A stretch of DNA of 64,000 bases, taken from the NCBI GenBank assembly GCA_963848305.1, contig CAWKDC010000001.1, positions 1,248,001 through 1,312,000 on the forward strand. The letters run 5' to 3'. A program made the translations under genes and the position numbers. The notes under the pieces were generated by a model. It worked only from the letters and a program-made list of their open reading frames with translations, did not search any database and was not told the DNA's origin. Of this stretch, positions 33,485 through 41,384 are shown one piece after another. How positions within the stretch are numbered: position 1 is the stretch's first letter; every line of letters starts with the position of its first letter. Origin of the DNA: an uncultured Gammaproteobacteria bacterium (GTDB lineage: Bacteria; Pseudomonadota; Gammaproteobacteria; JABCZS01).

Positions 33485-33562
33485 CCGGGTTCTGTCCTGG
33501 TCTAGCGCTTTTGAGACAGAAACCCGTTTGGCGTCAAATATATTTATTCGGGGGGGCAGGTT

Positions 33563-34973
33563 ATGTCAGTTGAAAAAATTTTGGAATTCATTAAACACGA
33601 AGAAGTCAAATATGTTGATTTACGCTTCATCGATATTTTAGGGAAATGGCACCATATTTGTGTTCCTGCACATACGATAGACAAACATTTTTTCGAACAA
33701 GGCAAAATGATTGATGGTTCTTCCATCGTGGGTTGGAGAGACATCAACGAATCAGACATGGTGTTGATTTGCGACCCCACCATTTTCTACCCCGATCCTT
33801 TCACCGAAGAATCCACATTGATTTTAATTTGCGATGTGTATGAACCGAATCAAAAAACGCCCTATACGCGCTGCCCACGATCAATTGCTAAAAACGCAGA
33901 ACAATATTTGAAATCAACCGGTTTGGCAGATGTGTGTTACGTACGGACCAGAACCTGAATTTTTTATTTTTGATGATGTGCGCTGGGAATCCAATATGCA
34001 GGGCGCTTCTTATTCGGTGGATTCGCTGGAAGGCGCTTGGAATACCGGTAAGGTCTATACTGACGGCAACCGCGGTCATCGTCCCGGCGTGAAGGGCGGT
34101 TATTTCCCCGTCACTCCTGTGGATTCTTCGCAAGATATTCGTTCTGCCATGAGCACTATTTTGGAAGAATTAGGCATCCCCGTCGAAGCGCATCACCATG
34201 AAGTCGGCACTGCGAACCAAAATGAAATTTCGACACGCTTCAATACCTTGTTGCGCAAGGCAGACGAAGTGATGATGAAAAAATACGTGATTAAAAACGT
34301 GGCGCATGCTTGGGATAAAACAGCGACATTCATGCCGAAACCACTGGTCGGTGATAATGGCAATGGCATGCATTGCCATATTTCACTGGCATTGAAGGGT
34401 AAAAATGTGTTTGCGGGTTCTACGTATGCGCATTTATCTGATGATGCATTGTATTTTATCGGCGGCATTATTCACCATGCGCGTGCGATCAATGCGTTTG
34501 CGAATTCAACCACGAACAGTTACAAACGTTTGGTGCCTGGTTTCGAAGCGCCGGTGATGTTGGCTTATTCTTCCTGTAATCGTTCTGCTTCCATTCGTGT
34601 GCCACACAGTTTGAATGATGCGGGGCGTCGCATTGAAGTTCGTTTCCCTGATCCGCTGAGCAATCCTTATTTATTGTTCACGGCATTGATGATGGCGGGG
34701 GTAGATGGTATTCAACATCGTATCCATCCTGGCCCTGCGATTGAGCACAATTTGTATGAGTTATCGCATGCTGATGCGGCTAAAATCCCCACTGTGTGCG
34801 CTTCATTAGAAGAGGCAATGAGTGCGTTGGATGCAGATCGTGCGTTTTTAACGCGTGGTGGCGTCATGACCGATGACACGATCAATACCTATATTGCATT
34901 GAAAATGACAGAAATCCAACGGCTGCGCCAAGTGCCGCACCCGGTGGAGTTTGATATGTACTATTCTTTGTAG
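33563..34973 (+). CDS. glnA: Glutamine synthetase type I (extra base near 33944)
   Basis: [48 protein letters not shown] and EFDMYYSL. Confidence 0.96.
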
Positions 34974-35012
34974 GGGCGCATTTATAGGGATGCAGCATGC
35001 TGCACCCCTACA
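34969..35012. repeat. GTAG-type REP overlapping the glnA stop codon
   Basis: TGTAGGGG..TGCAGCATGCTGCACCCCTACA; the TAG of GTAG is the glnA stop. Confidence 0.8.
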
Positions 35013-35050
35013 AAAGGGATTATTTATCATTGAAGCAAGGATGCTCATCT

Positions 35051-35698
35051 ATGTGTTTTTCCGCTCAAGCAAGTTTTATCACCGCCGTTGTACTCACGCC
35101 TCTCGGCGTTTACGGATTTCTCAAAGCCTTAAAATCTCAACGGCGTTTTTTGTTATTGTCACTCATCCCGCTGATGTTTGCCATTCAACAGGCGTTAGAA
35201 GGCATGGTGTGGCTCGGGTTTTCTCATCACGCACTCAGTGCAATGTATCAGAACGGTTTAGAATTTGTATTCGTTGCATTTTTCATTTGGCCGATTTATT
35301 TACCCCTGTGTGTATATTGTATTGAACGCGATGTTCAACGGCGAAAGATCTTGCGATGGTTTCCTGTGATGGGCTTGCTGTATGGTTTATCCATTTTTAT
35401 TCCCTTTTTCATGGGAGATAATGCGTTCAGTGTATCGATTTTCAATCATTCGATTGCCTATCAATTCAAAAACATGGCGGGTCTGTCTTTGATGTATGGA
35501 TTCATTTATTTAATGATCACTGTTTTTCCGTTTTTCTATACATCTGAAAAAATACTAAAACTCTTCGGCGCATTGGCCTTGGTGTCTGTATCGATCGCAA
35601 TGTGCTTTTATTACTACACGCTCACCTCCGTTTGGTGCTTTTTCGTGGCGCTGATGTCGGGATTGGTGGTTTATGCGATACAGCGGGCTGAGAATTGA
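35051..35698 (+). CDS. Multi-pass membrane protein (MCFSAxASF family, DUF6629-like)
   Basis: MCFSAQASF, FAIQQALEGMVW and SVWCFF motifs. Confidence 0.75.
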   Translation: MCFSAQASFITAVVLTPLGVYGFLKALKSQRRFLLLSLIPLMFAIQQALEGMVWLGFSHHALSAMYQNGLEFVFVAFFIWPIYLPLCVYCIERDVQRRKILRWFPVMGLLYGLSIFIPFFMGDNAFSVSIFNHSIAYQFKNMAGLSLMYGFIYLMITVFPFFYTSEKILKLFGALALVSVSIAMCFYYYTLTSVWCFFVALMSGLVVYAIQRAEN

Positions 35699-35803
35699 TG
35701 GGCACTGGCTTGACGATCTATTGACAGTTCAGTAAAATCGACCCGGATAAATAAACTTTATAAAAAATGAATCGTTGCCTATAAAAACAAACACTTATCT
35801 TTC

Positions 35804-35832
35804 TTGATAAGTACACAAAAAAGGTGTATAAT
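35804..35832 (+). promoter_or_regulatory. sigma70 promoter with an overlapping inverted repeat (TA operator)
   Basis: TTGATA-N17-TATAAT; TACAC-N7-GTGTA runs from the spacer into the -10 box. Confidence 0.55.
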
Positions 35833-35835
35833 CAT

Positions 35836-36117
35836 ATGAACAGCCAAAAAAGGGTGTATCTTTCTTCAATAGCAGAAAAAACGCTTTTGAAAGTACCAGA
35901 CTATATCGCAACCAAACTACTCATTTGGATTGATGATGTTGAGGAGAGAGGGCTGTGCGAAGTACGCAAAGTCCCTGGGTTTCATGATGAACCCCTGAAA
36001 GGTCATTTGAAAGGCTTGCGCTCTATTCGTTTGAATAAAGCGTATCGAGCCATATATAGGGAGGGGCTTCATGACGTGTATATATTGGAGATTAACAAAC
36101 ATGAATACAAGAAATAA
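35836..36117 (+). CDS. RelE/HigB-superfamily mRNA interferase toxin
   Basis: PGFHDEPLKGHLKGLRSIRLNKAYRAIY; toxin-first order, overlapping an HTH gene. Confidence 0.8.
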   Translation: MNSQKRVYLSSIAEKTLLKVPDYIATKLLIWIDDVEERGLCEVRKVPGFHDEPLKGHLKGLRSIRLNKAYRAIYREGLHDVYILEINKHEYKK

Positions 36118-36430
36118 AGGTCAGCCAGCAAAAGAGATACTCATGAAAAAACTGGGTCGTTTAACATTTGGCAAAATGTTAAGGGCCATTCGTTTGGGTG
36201 AGGGTGAAACCCAAAAAGAGTTTTCAGCTAAACTCGATATGTCAAAACAACAGCTGAGTGATATTGAAAATGACAGGAAGTCTGTCAGCCCCCAGTCTGC
36301 AGCAGCGTATGCAGACATGCTGGGCTATTCTGTCGATCAATTCATCAAATTATCCATACAAGATAATCTGGCGAAATATGGTTTATACTATCGTGTTGAT
36401 CTGATGCGAGAAAATTGCACAAACTTTTAG
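36101..36430 (+). CDS. XRE-family HTH antitoxin (HigA-like)
   Basis: LTFGKMLRAIR..TQKEFSAKLDMSKQQLSDIENDRK. Confidence 0.82.
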   Translation: MNTRNKGQPAKEILMKKLGRLTFGKMLRAIRLGEGETQKEFSAKLDMSKQQLSDIENDRKSVSPQSAAAYADMLGYSVDQFIKLSIQDNLAKYGLYYRVDLMRENCTNF

Positions 36431-36448
36431 CACACGCAGACCAACGGC

Positions 36449-36591
36449 CTATCAGTTATTATCGCAGGCCTATTTTATGGTTATGCTTATCGTAAAACAA
36501 AACGATTGGAAGCCGCGATAGGGTCCATTTTCTGTTGAATGTGTGCCATTTTGTGTTTTTCACGTATCCTTTTAGTGCCTTTGCTGCCTGA
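36449..36591 (+). pseudogene. 3' remnant of a CPBP (CAAX protease/Abi) family gene
   Basis: IIAGLFYGYAYRKTKRLEAAIG, then after a 1-nt shift VHFLLNVCHFVFFTYP..*; contains the HxxxN motif. Confidence 0.6.
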
Positions 36592-36667
36592 TGAGGCAAG
36601 ATCCCATTGAGTTGTCAAAATAAAGCTGATAATATCGAGGAACGTTGACTCCTAAAGAGGTGCCCTG

Positions 36668-37618
36668 ATGAGAGTTTATGCGATCGTGTGTTTATTCCTG
36701 TTGGTCGGTTGTGGTACAACCCCGTCCCCTCAGCAAGCAGCGCGCGATACCGTGCAACATAGACAAGAAAATCGTGAACAGCTTAGGACGATCCGTTATG
36801 GCGATACCATAGAGTCGGTACACAAGGCATTATCTGAACAATTTACCCCCTATTTGGATGTTCAGACCGAGACAGGTTTTTATTCCATTGAAACTTTTGA
36901 AGTTGCTCCCTACTATCGGGGCAATGGATCAGAAGTTTATTTGGCGCTTTATAAAAATAACCGGTTGACGGCGATTACCCGGTGGTATGCCGTCAAGCCT
37001 GATACACCACAGATGATTTTGCTGCACGTCCAACAACTGGTGACGAACAAAAATAAGGATAAATGTGATCTCTACACCTCGCCTGCTTATTATGAAAAAC
37101 TGATTGCAAATATTCAACAGCACACATTGAAAGTGGCCGATCAATCATTTATTCCTTCCGAGGAAGAGATTTATCAAGAAATTGCAGGGTTGTCTGATAA
37201 AGAAGGGCACAACTTGACAGCGAACGATGCTGTTGAATTGGCGATCTTGTCTCCAGTGCTTATTTTCGCGCTGCCTGTCAGTGTTGCTGCTTCGGTGGCA
37301 ACGGCTCCAGTCATGATCCCTATGCAAAATGTGATTGAATCAAAGCAAAGCAAAGAATCTACTCGACGCGCGACAGTGACAAAAGAATTGCTTCCCACGC
37401 TGCGAGCCATTCCGCTCGGATTGACGATGGCGGAAACTGATCGTCTTGAGGCTGAAAAAATTCCTGGTATTAAAGCATCACAACCTGCTAAAACAAGATG
37501 TTCAACCGTGATGGTGGGCAAGACATTGGACATGACGTACGACGAAGTTTATTTGTATCACGATGATAAGACATTCGTGCGTTTATATCCCAAACTGAAA
37601 CGTTTTCAACTATGGTAA
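36668..37618 (+). CDS. Hypothetical lipoprotein
   Basis: Lipobox LVGC and GAGG RBS; no family recognised. Confidence 0.75.
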   Translation: MRVYAIVCLFLLVGCGTTPSPQQAARDTVQHRQENREQLRTIRYGDTIESVHKALSEQFTPYLDVQTETGFYSIETFEVAPYYRGNGSEVYLALYKNNRLTAITRWYAVKPDTPQMILLHVQQLVTNKNKDKCDLYTSPAYYEKLIANIQQHTLKVADQSFIPSEEEIYQEIAGLSDKEGHNLTANDAVELAILSPVLIFALPVSVAASVATAPVMIPMQNVIESKQSKESTRRATVTKELLPTLRAIPLGLTMAETDRLEAEKIPGIKASQPAKTRCSTVMVGKTLDMTYDEVYLYHDDKTFVRLYPKLKRFQLW

Positions 37619-38968
37619 TGCCAGTTGTGCCATAAACAACGCTTGAATTCTGTCCAAACTGTCTTGAGACACGCCTTCAAAACGTAATACCAAATTGGGT
37701 GTTGTGTTTGAGGCACGGATCAGTCCGAAACCATCTTCAAAATCAACGCGAACTCCATCGGTGAGATCAACAATGCCGCCATCAAACACAGCGCGCGCCG
37801 CAAACTGTTCGATAAAATGAAATTTATCCGCATCTTTCATGGCGATATTGATCTCGGGGGTGTTGAAGCTGTTGGGAATAGCGGCAAATGTCGCGGGAAT
37901 ATCGGTTACCTGAGACAATATTTCCACCAGTCTCGCGCCAGCAAATAATGCATCGTCAAATCCAAACCAATTGTCGTTGAAGAAAATATGCCCACTCATT
38001 TCGCCGGCCAGTGGCGCGCCGGTCTCCTTCAAGGCTTTTTTCACAAAAGAATGGCCGGTGCGACACATCAGGGGTTTGCCGCCCAATGCGTGAATGGATT
38101 TCGGCAATTGTTGCGTGCATTTCACGTCGAAAATGACTTGGCTCTGAGGATGACGGGCCAGCACGTTTTGAGCAAATAATATCATTTGGCGATCGGGCCA
38201 GATGATGTCCCCATTGGGCGCCACCACACCCAACCGGTCGCCGTCGCCGTCGAAGGCAAGGCCTACATCGCAATGATGGGTCTGGACAGCTTGAATCAAG
38301 TCAGCCAGGTTGGCAGGTTTGCTGGGGTCGGGGTGGTGATGGGGAAAGTCGCCATCGACTTCTTCATACAAAGAGACGATGTCACAACCCAATGCTTTGA
38401 ATAACCGGGGAGCCACAATGCCTGCAATGCCATTCCCATGATCCAGCGCAACTTTAAGCGGACGGCGCAGCTGAATGCGGCTTTGGATCGCATCGCAGTA
38501 GGCATTTAGCATGGACGCGTGCGTGAGCGATCCTTTCCCTTCGCTGAATTGGCCGGATAAAATCACCTCCCTCAGCGCTAAAATTTCGTCGCCAAACAAG
38601 GTATCCCCACCTAACATCATTTTCAATCCATTGTCATGTTTGGGATTATGGCTACCTGTTAGCATGATGCCAGAGCCAGTCTTCAGGTGGTAGCAAGAGA
38701 AATAGAGCACAGGCGTGGGCGCAAGGCCGATGTCCGTCACATGCATGCCACCGTCCATCAACCCCGCTGCGAGGGCTTCTGATAGCATAGGCCCGCTCAA
38801 GCGGCCATCACGACCGAGGGTGACCTGGTTGATGCGGCGGGCATGGGCGAACGTTGCATAGGCCCGGCCAAGGGTATAGACTACATCCGGGTTGAGGGTT
38901 TCAGGAACCCGGCCACGGATATCATAAGCCCGAAATATGCCTGCATCGCAGGGTACTGTAGAATACAT
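37610..38968 (-). CDS. algC: Phosphomannomutase/phosphoglucomutase
   Basis: FRAYDIRG, TGSHNP, DGDGDR, GEMSGH and RASNT. Confidence 0.95.
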   Translation of the reverse strand: MYSTVPCDAGIFRAYDIRGRVPETLNPDVVYTLGRAYATFAHARRINQVTLGRDGRLSGPMLSEALAAGLMDGGMHVTDIGLAPTPVLYFSCYHLKTGSGIMLTGSHNPKHDNGLKMMLGGDTLFGDEILALREVILSGQFSEGKGSLTHASMLNAYCDAIQSRIQLRRPLKVALDHGNGIAGIVAPRLFKALGCDIVSLYEEVDGDFPHHHPDPSKPANLADLIQAVQTHHCDVGLAFDGDGDRLGVVAPNGDIIWPDRQMILFAQNVLARHPQSQVIFDVKCTQQLPKSIHALGGKPLMCRTGHSFVKKALKETGAPLAGEMSGHIFFNDNWFGFDDALFAGARLVEILSQVTDIPATFAAIPNSFNTPEINIAMKDADKFHFIEQFAARAVFDGGIVDLTDGVRVDFEDGFGLIRASNTTPNLVLRFEGVSQDSLDRIQALFMAQLALP

Positions 38969-38989
38969 AAAGAATCTCCTTAAAACACC

Positions 38990-39018
38990 TTGCTCCTGGC
39001 AATATTTTCTGGTATAAA
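38990..39018 (+). promoter_or_regulatory. sigma70 promoter of the rpmBG operon
   Basis: TTGCTC-N17-TATAAA with an extended -10 TG. Confidence 0.55.
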
Positions 39019-39038
39019 TGCGTCTTTGTAACGAGGGC

Positions 39039-39220
39039 TATACCTCTCGTACCTGAAGATGCGAGGGGTTGGCAATTTCGTGTGGGCCTATTTTGGGTTT
39101 TACGATTGAGAAAAGTTGCAGACAGTGCTTATTGCACGGCTAGACTTTTCGATTGAGTAAAACCCAAAAGAGGTCTGCACGAGGCAGCCAGGATTCGCAT
39201 CTTCAGGTACGAGAGGTATA
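39039..39220. mobile_element. 182-bp ERIC-like palindromic element (MITE)
   Basis: Perfect 26-bp terminal inverted repeats TATACCTCTCGTACCTGAAGATGCGA; nested internal stems; TATA ends. Confidence 0.75.
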
Positions 39221-39255
39221 ATCATAACCCTATTTGAGAAGTGGAGGCAACTATT

Positions 39256-39528
39256 ATGGGTGCATATTGTCAGGTAACCGGGAAGCATACAGAAAGCGGC
39301 CAAAATGTGTCGCATGCCCGTAACCGCACCAAACGCGTATTCAGACCGAATTTGCATAAACGTCGTTTTTGGGTTGAAGCCTTGAAGCGTTTTGTCACCC
39401 TGCGTGTGTCCACGCAAGGTATTCGTATTATCGATAAACAAGGCATTGAAAATGTTCTGCGTGTATTAAAAGCACGTGGCGAAGATGTGCCTGTGGTTCC
39501 TGTGGAGGTTGTCAATGGCGAAGAGTAA
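39256..39528 (+). CDS. rpmB: 50S ribosomal protein L28
   Basis: [41 protein letters not shown]. Confidence 0.96.
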   Translation: MGAYCQVTGKHTESGQNVSHARNRTKRVFRPNLHKRRFWVEALKRFVTLRVSTQGIRIIDKQGIENVLRVLKARGEDVPVVPVEVVNGEE

Positions 39529-39682
39529 GCGTATCACCATTTTGTTGCGCAACAAGAAGACAGGGTCTACGTATGTCACAACCCGTCATCAGACGAAAGA
39601 AAAAATGAAAGGGATCAAGAAGTATGATCCCGTCACCAAACAACATGAGTTGTTTGATGAGGAAAAATCAAAAAATGGATAA
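39515..39682 (+). CDS. rpmG: 50S ribosomal protein L33 (divergent, Cys-free)
   Basis: TG..YVTT and [15 protein letters not shown]; follows rpmB. Confidence 0.85.
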   Translation: MAKSKRITILLRNKKTGSTYVTTRHQTKEKMKGIKKYDPVTKQHELFDEEKSKNG

Positions 39683-39715
39683 GCGTGAGCGATGAGCTCG
39701 TGCTTATCCCACTTA

Positions 39716-39792
39716 CTGTCATCCCGGGATGAGAGCTGTTCGAGATTTTGTTAAGAGACAGCATTGACACAGCTTGAGCACCCGGGCCCCAT
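39716..39792. repeat. CTGTCATCCCGG-family palindromic unit
   Basis: Same 5' motif and length as the units at 26963-27155; CCCGGG..AGCTGT..ACAGCT..CCCGGG symmetry. Confidence 0.55.
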
Positions 39793-39809
39793 CTTAAGCG
39801 ATCTGAAAA

Positions 39810-40535
39810 GTGCCCAATATCCTCTGCGTCATCCCTGCCCGTATCGGTTCAACACGTTTGCCACGCAAACCCTTGGCTGATTTGGGTGGCAAGCCGATGG
39901 TGCAACGCACATATGAAGCGGCGTTAACCTGCACAGCATTTGCACAAGTAGTGGTTGCGACAGACAGTGATGAGATTGCTGATGTCATTCGTTTATGTGG
40001 CGGCACTGTTGTCATGACCGACCCCGCGATAGAAACGGGCACAGATCGTGTTGCATTTGTCTCATCGCAATATCCTGACATGGATGTGGTCGTGAATTTA
40101 CAAGGCGATGAGCCATTTGTCACCGCAGAAATGTTGATGGCGTTGGTTCAGCCTTATTTAAATGGTGAATCACCCCTAATGACCACCCTCGCCAATCCCC
40201 TTGATTTTAAGACGCAATATCACAGTCCTGATGCAGTTAAAGTGATTGTGGATAAGCATTTCAATGCCCTTTATTTTTCACGTTCGCCTATTCCCTATCA
40301 ACGGGATATCATTGAGCATTTACCCGTGTATCATCATCAAGGCATGTATGCATTCACGCGTGATTTTTTGAAAACGTTCAGGGCGCTACCGCAAACATTG
40401 TTAGAGCGCAGCGAAAAGCTTGAGCAATTGCGTGCGTTAGAACATGGTTATGCGATACGCGTGTGCGTTACGCCGCATAAAACAATTGAAATCAATACGC
40501 CAGAAGAGTTGGCTGCAGCGCGAAAGCTGTTTTAA
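39810..40535 (+). CDS. kdsB: 3-deoxy-manno-octulosonate cytidylyltransferase
   Basis: IPARIGSTRLPRKPL, TGTDR, NLQGDEP, YFSRSPIP and EKLEQLRALE. Confidence 0.96.
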   Translation: MPNILCVIPARIGSTRLPRKPLADLGGKPMVQRTYEAALTCTAFAQVVVATDSDEIADVIRLCGGTVVMTDPAIETGTDRVAFVSSQYPDMDVVVNLQGDEPFVTAEMLMALVQPYLNGESPLMTTLANPLDFKTQYHSPDAVKVIVDKHFNALYFSRSPIPYQRDIIEHLPVYHHQGMYAFTRDFLKTFRALPQTLLERSEKLEQLRALEHGYAIRVCVTPHKTIEINTPEELAAARKLF

Positions 40536-40610
40536 TATAACTGTTCTACTGGATTTGCAAAATAAATGCAAATATTTTGAAAAATATTTCAAAAATGTTC
40601 GAAAAACCCC

Positions 40611-40711
40611 TTGTATTCTTATTTCGACTTCGAGTACAATAGCATTTCCTGCATGCTTGTACTTAACAGTACAAGTTTTTACCCCGGATACACATATCCG
40701 GGGTTTTTTTT
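40611..40711 (+). ncRNA. Candidate ~65-nt small RNA with its own promoter and intrinsic terminator
   Basis: TTGTAT-N18-TACAAT at 40611-40640; hairpin CTTGTACT-taac-AGTACAAG; terminator immediately after. Confidence 0.45.
40681..40711 (+). terminator. Rho-independent terminator
   Basis: ACCCCGGATA-caca-TATCCGGGGT followed by a T-run; T-tract on the + strand only. Confidence 0.85.
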
Positions 40712-40832
40712 GTCTGTCATCCCAGAAAAATCACTTTCGAAATAAGTTGAAAACGGACGCGTGCTCAGACGAGTTTGTCTGAAACGCAGTTGCGATGTCA
40801 TGTCAGGGGGTATGATGATTGTTTGTAGCCGT

Positions 40833-41384
40833 TTATTCGGGTGAGAAATCCCACGTCCTGAGTATATTCAACACATCCGTGTCTTTTTTCATCTCATCCG
40901 GCAGGGGTGGAAATGGCGCAGCGTTTTTAACAATCTGTAATGCCAATGTGTCTAATGTTGCCGAGCCAGAACTTTTTTCAATCATCACCTTGTTTAATCT
41001 CCCCTGGGCGTCAATAGAGACACGCAGCATCAACCGCCCCGCCAAATTTGGGTGTTGTTTCAAAGCGGCCCGATAGGCTGTCGTTCCTCTTGACTCAATC
41101 CGTGTCCGCCAGGCGGTGATATAGTCGGCATCACGAGGTTCAAAGTCCGTGTCGGATAAGGTGCGCTGGCGTATAACAGTCGAATTTGAGGTCTTTTCCA
41201 GGCGGGATGGGGTGGCAGGCGCTGGGGTTGCTGAGGATAACCTGACATCCAGCATCGGGCTGTGTGCTGGCGTAGAAACCGGCGCCACCTCAGAGAGGAA
41301 TAATCCCAGAGATAAAAAGAGGCAGGCATGCGCCATGATGGAAAAAATCCAGCTGGCGGTCAGTTGGCGGCTGTTAACGTTCAC
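40833..41384 (-). CDS. TonB family protein (TonB C-terminal domain)
   Basis: N-terminal TM with SxxxH; YITAWRTRIE..G..V.ID..G..KSSG...LD..A..AAPFPPLP..RTWDF. Confidence 0.82.
   Translation of the reverse strand: MNVNSRQLTASWIFSIMAHACLFLSLGLFLSEVAPVSTPAHSPMLDVRLSSATPAPATPSRLEKTSNSTVIRQRTLSDTDFEPRDADYITAWRTRIESRGTTAYRAALKQHPNLAGRLMLRVSIDAQGRLNKVMIEKSSGSATLDTLALQIVKNAAPFPPLPDEMKKDTDVLNILRTWDFSPE

Noticed and set aside
33525-33545. sigma54 promoter upstream of glnA (TTTGGCGT)
   Set aside because: The -12 GC element is absent at the required spacing
39039-39220. 6S RNA (similar length, rod-like fold)
   Set aside because: It has perfect 26-bp terminal repeats with TATA ends, no large central bubble and no zapA/ygfA context; an ERIC-like MITE fits better
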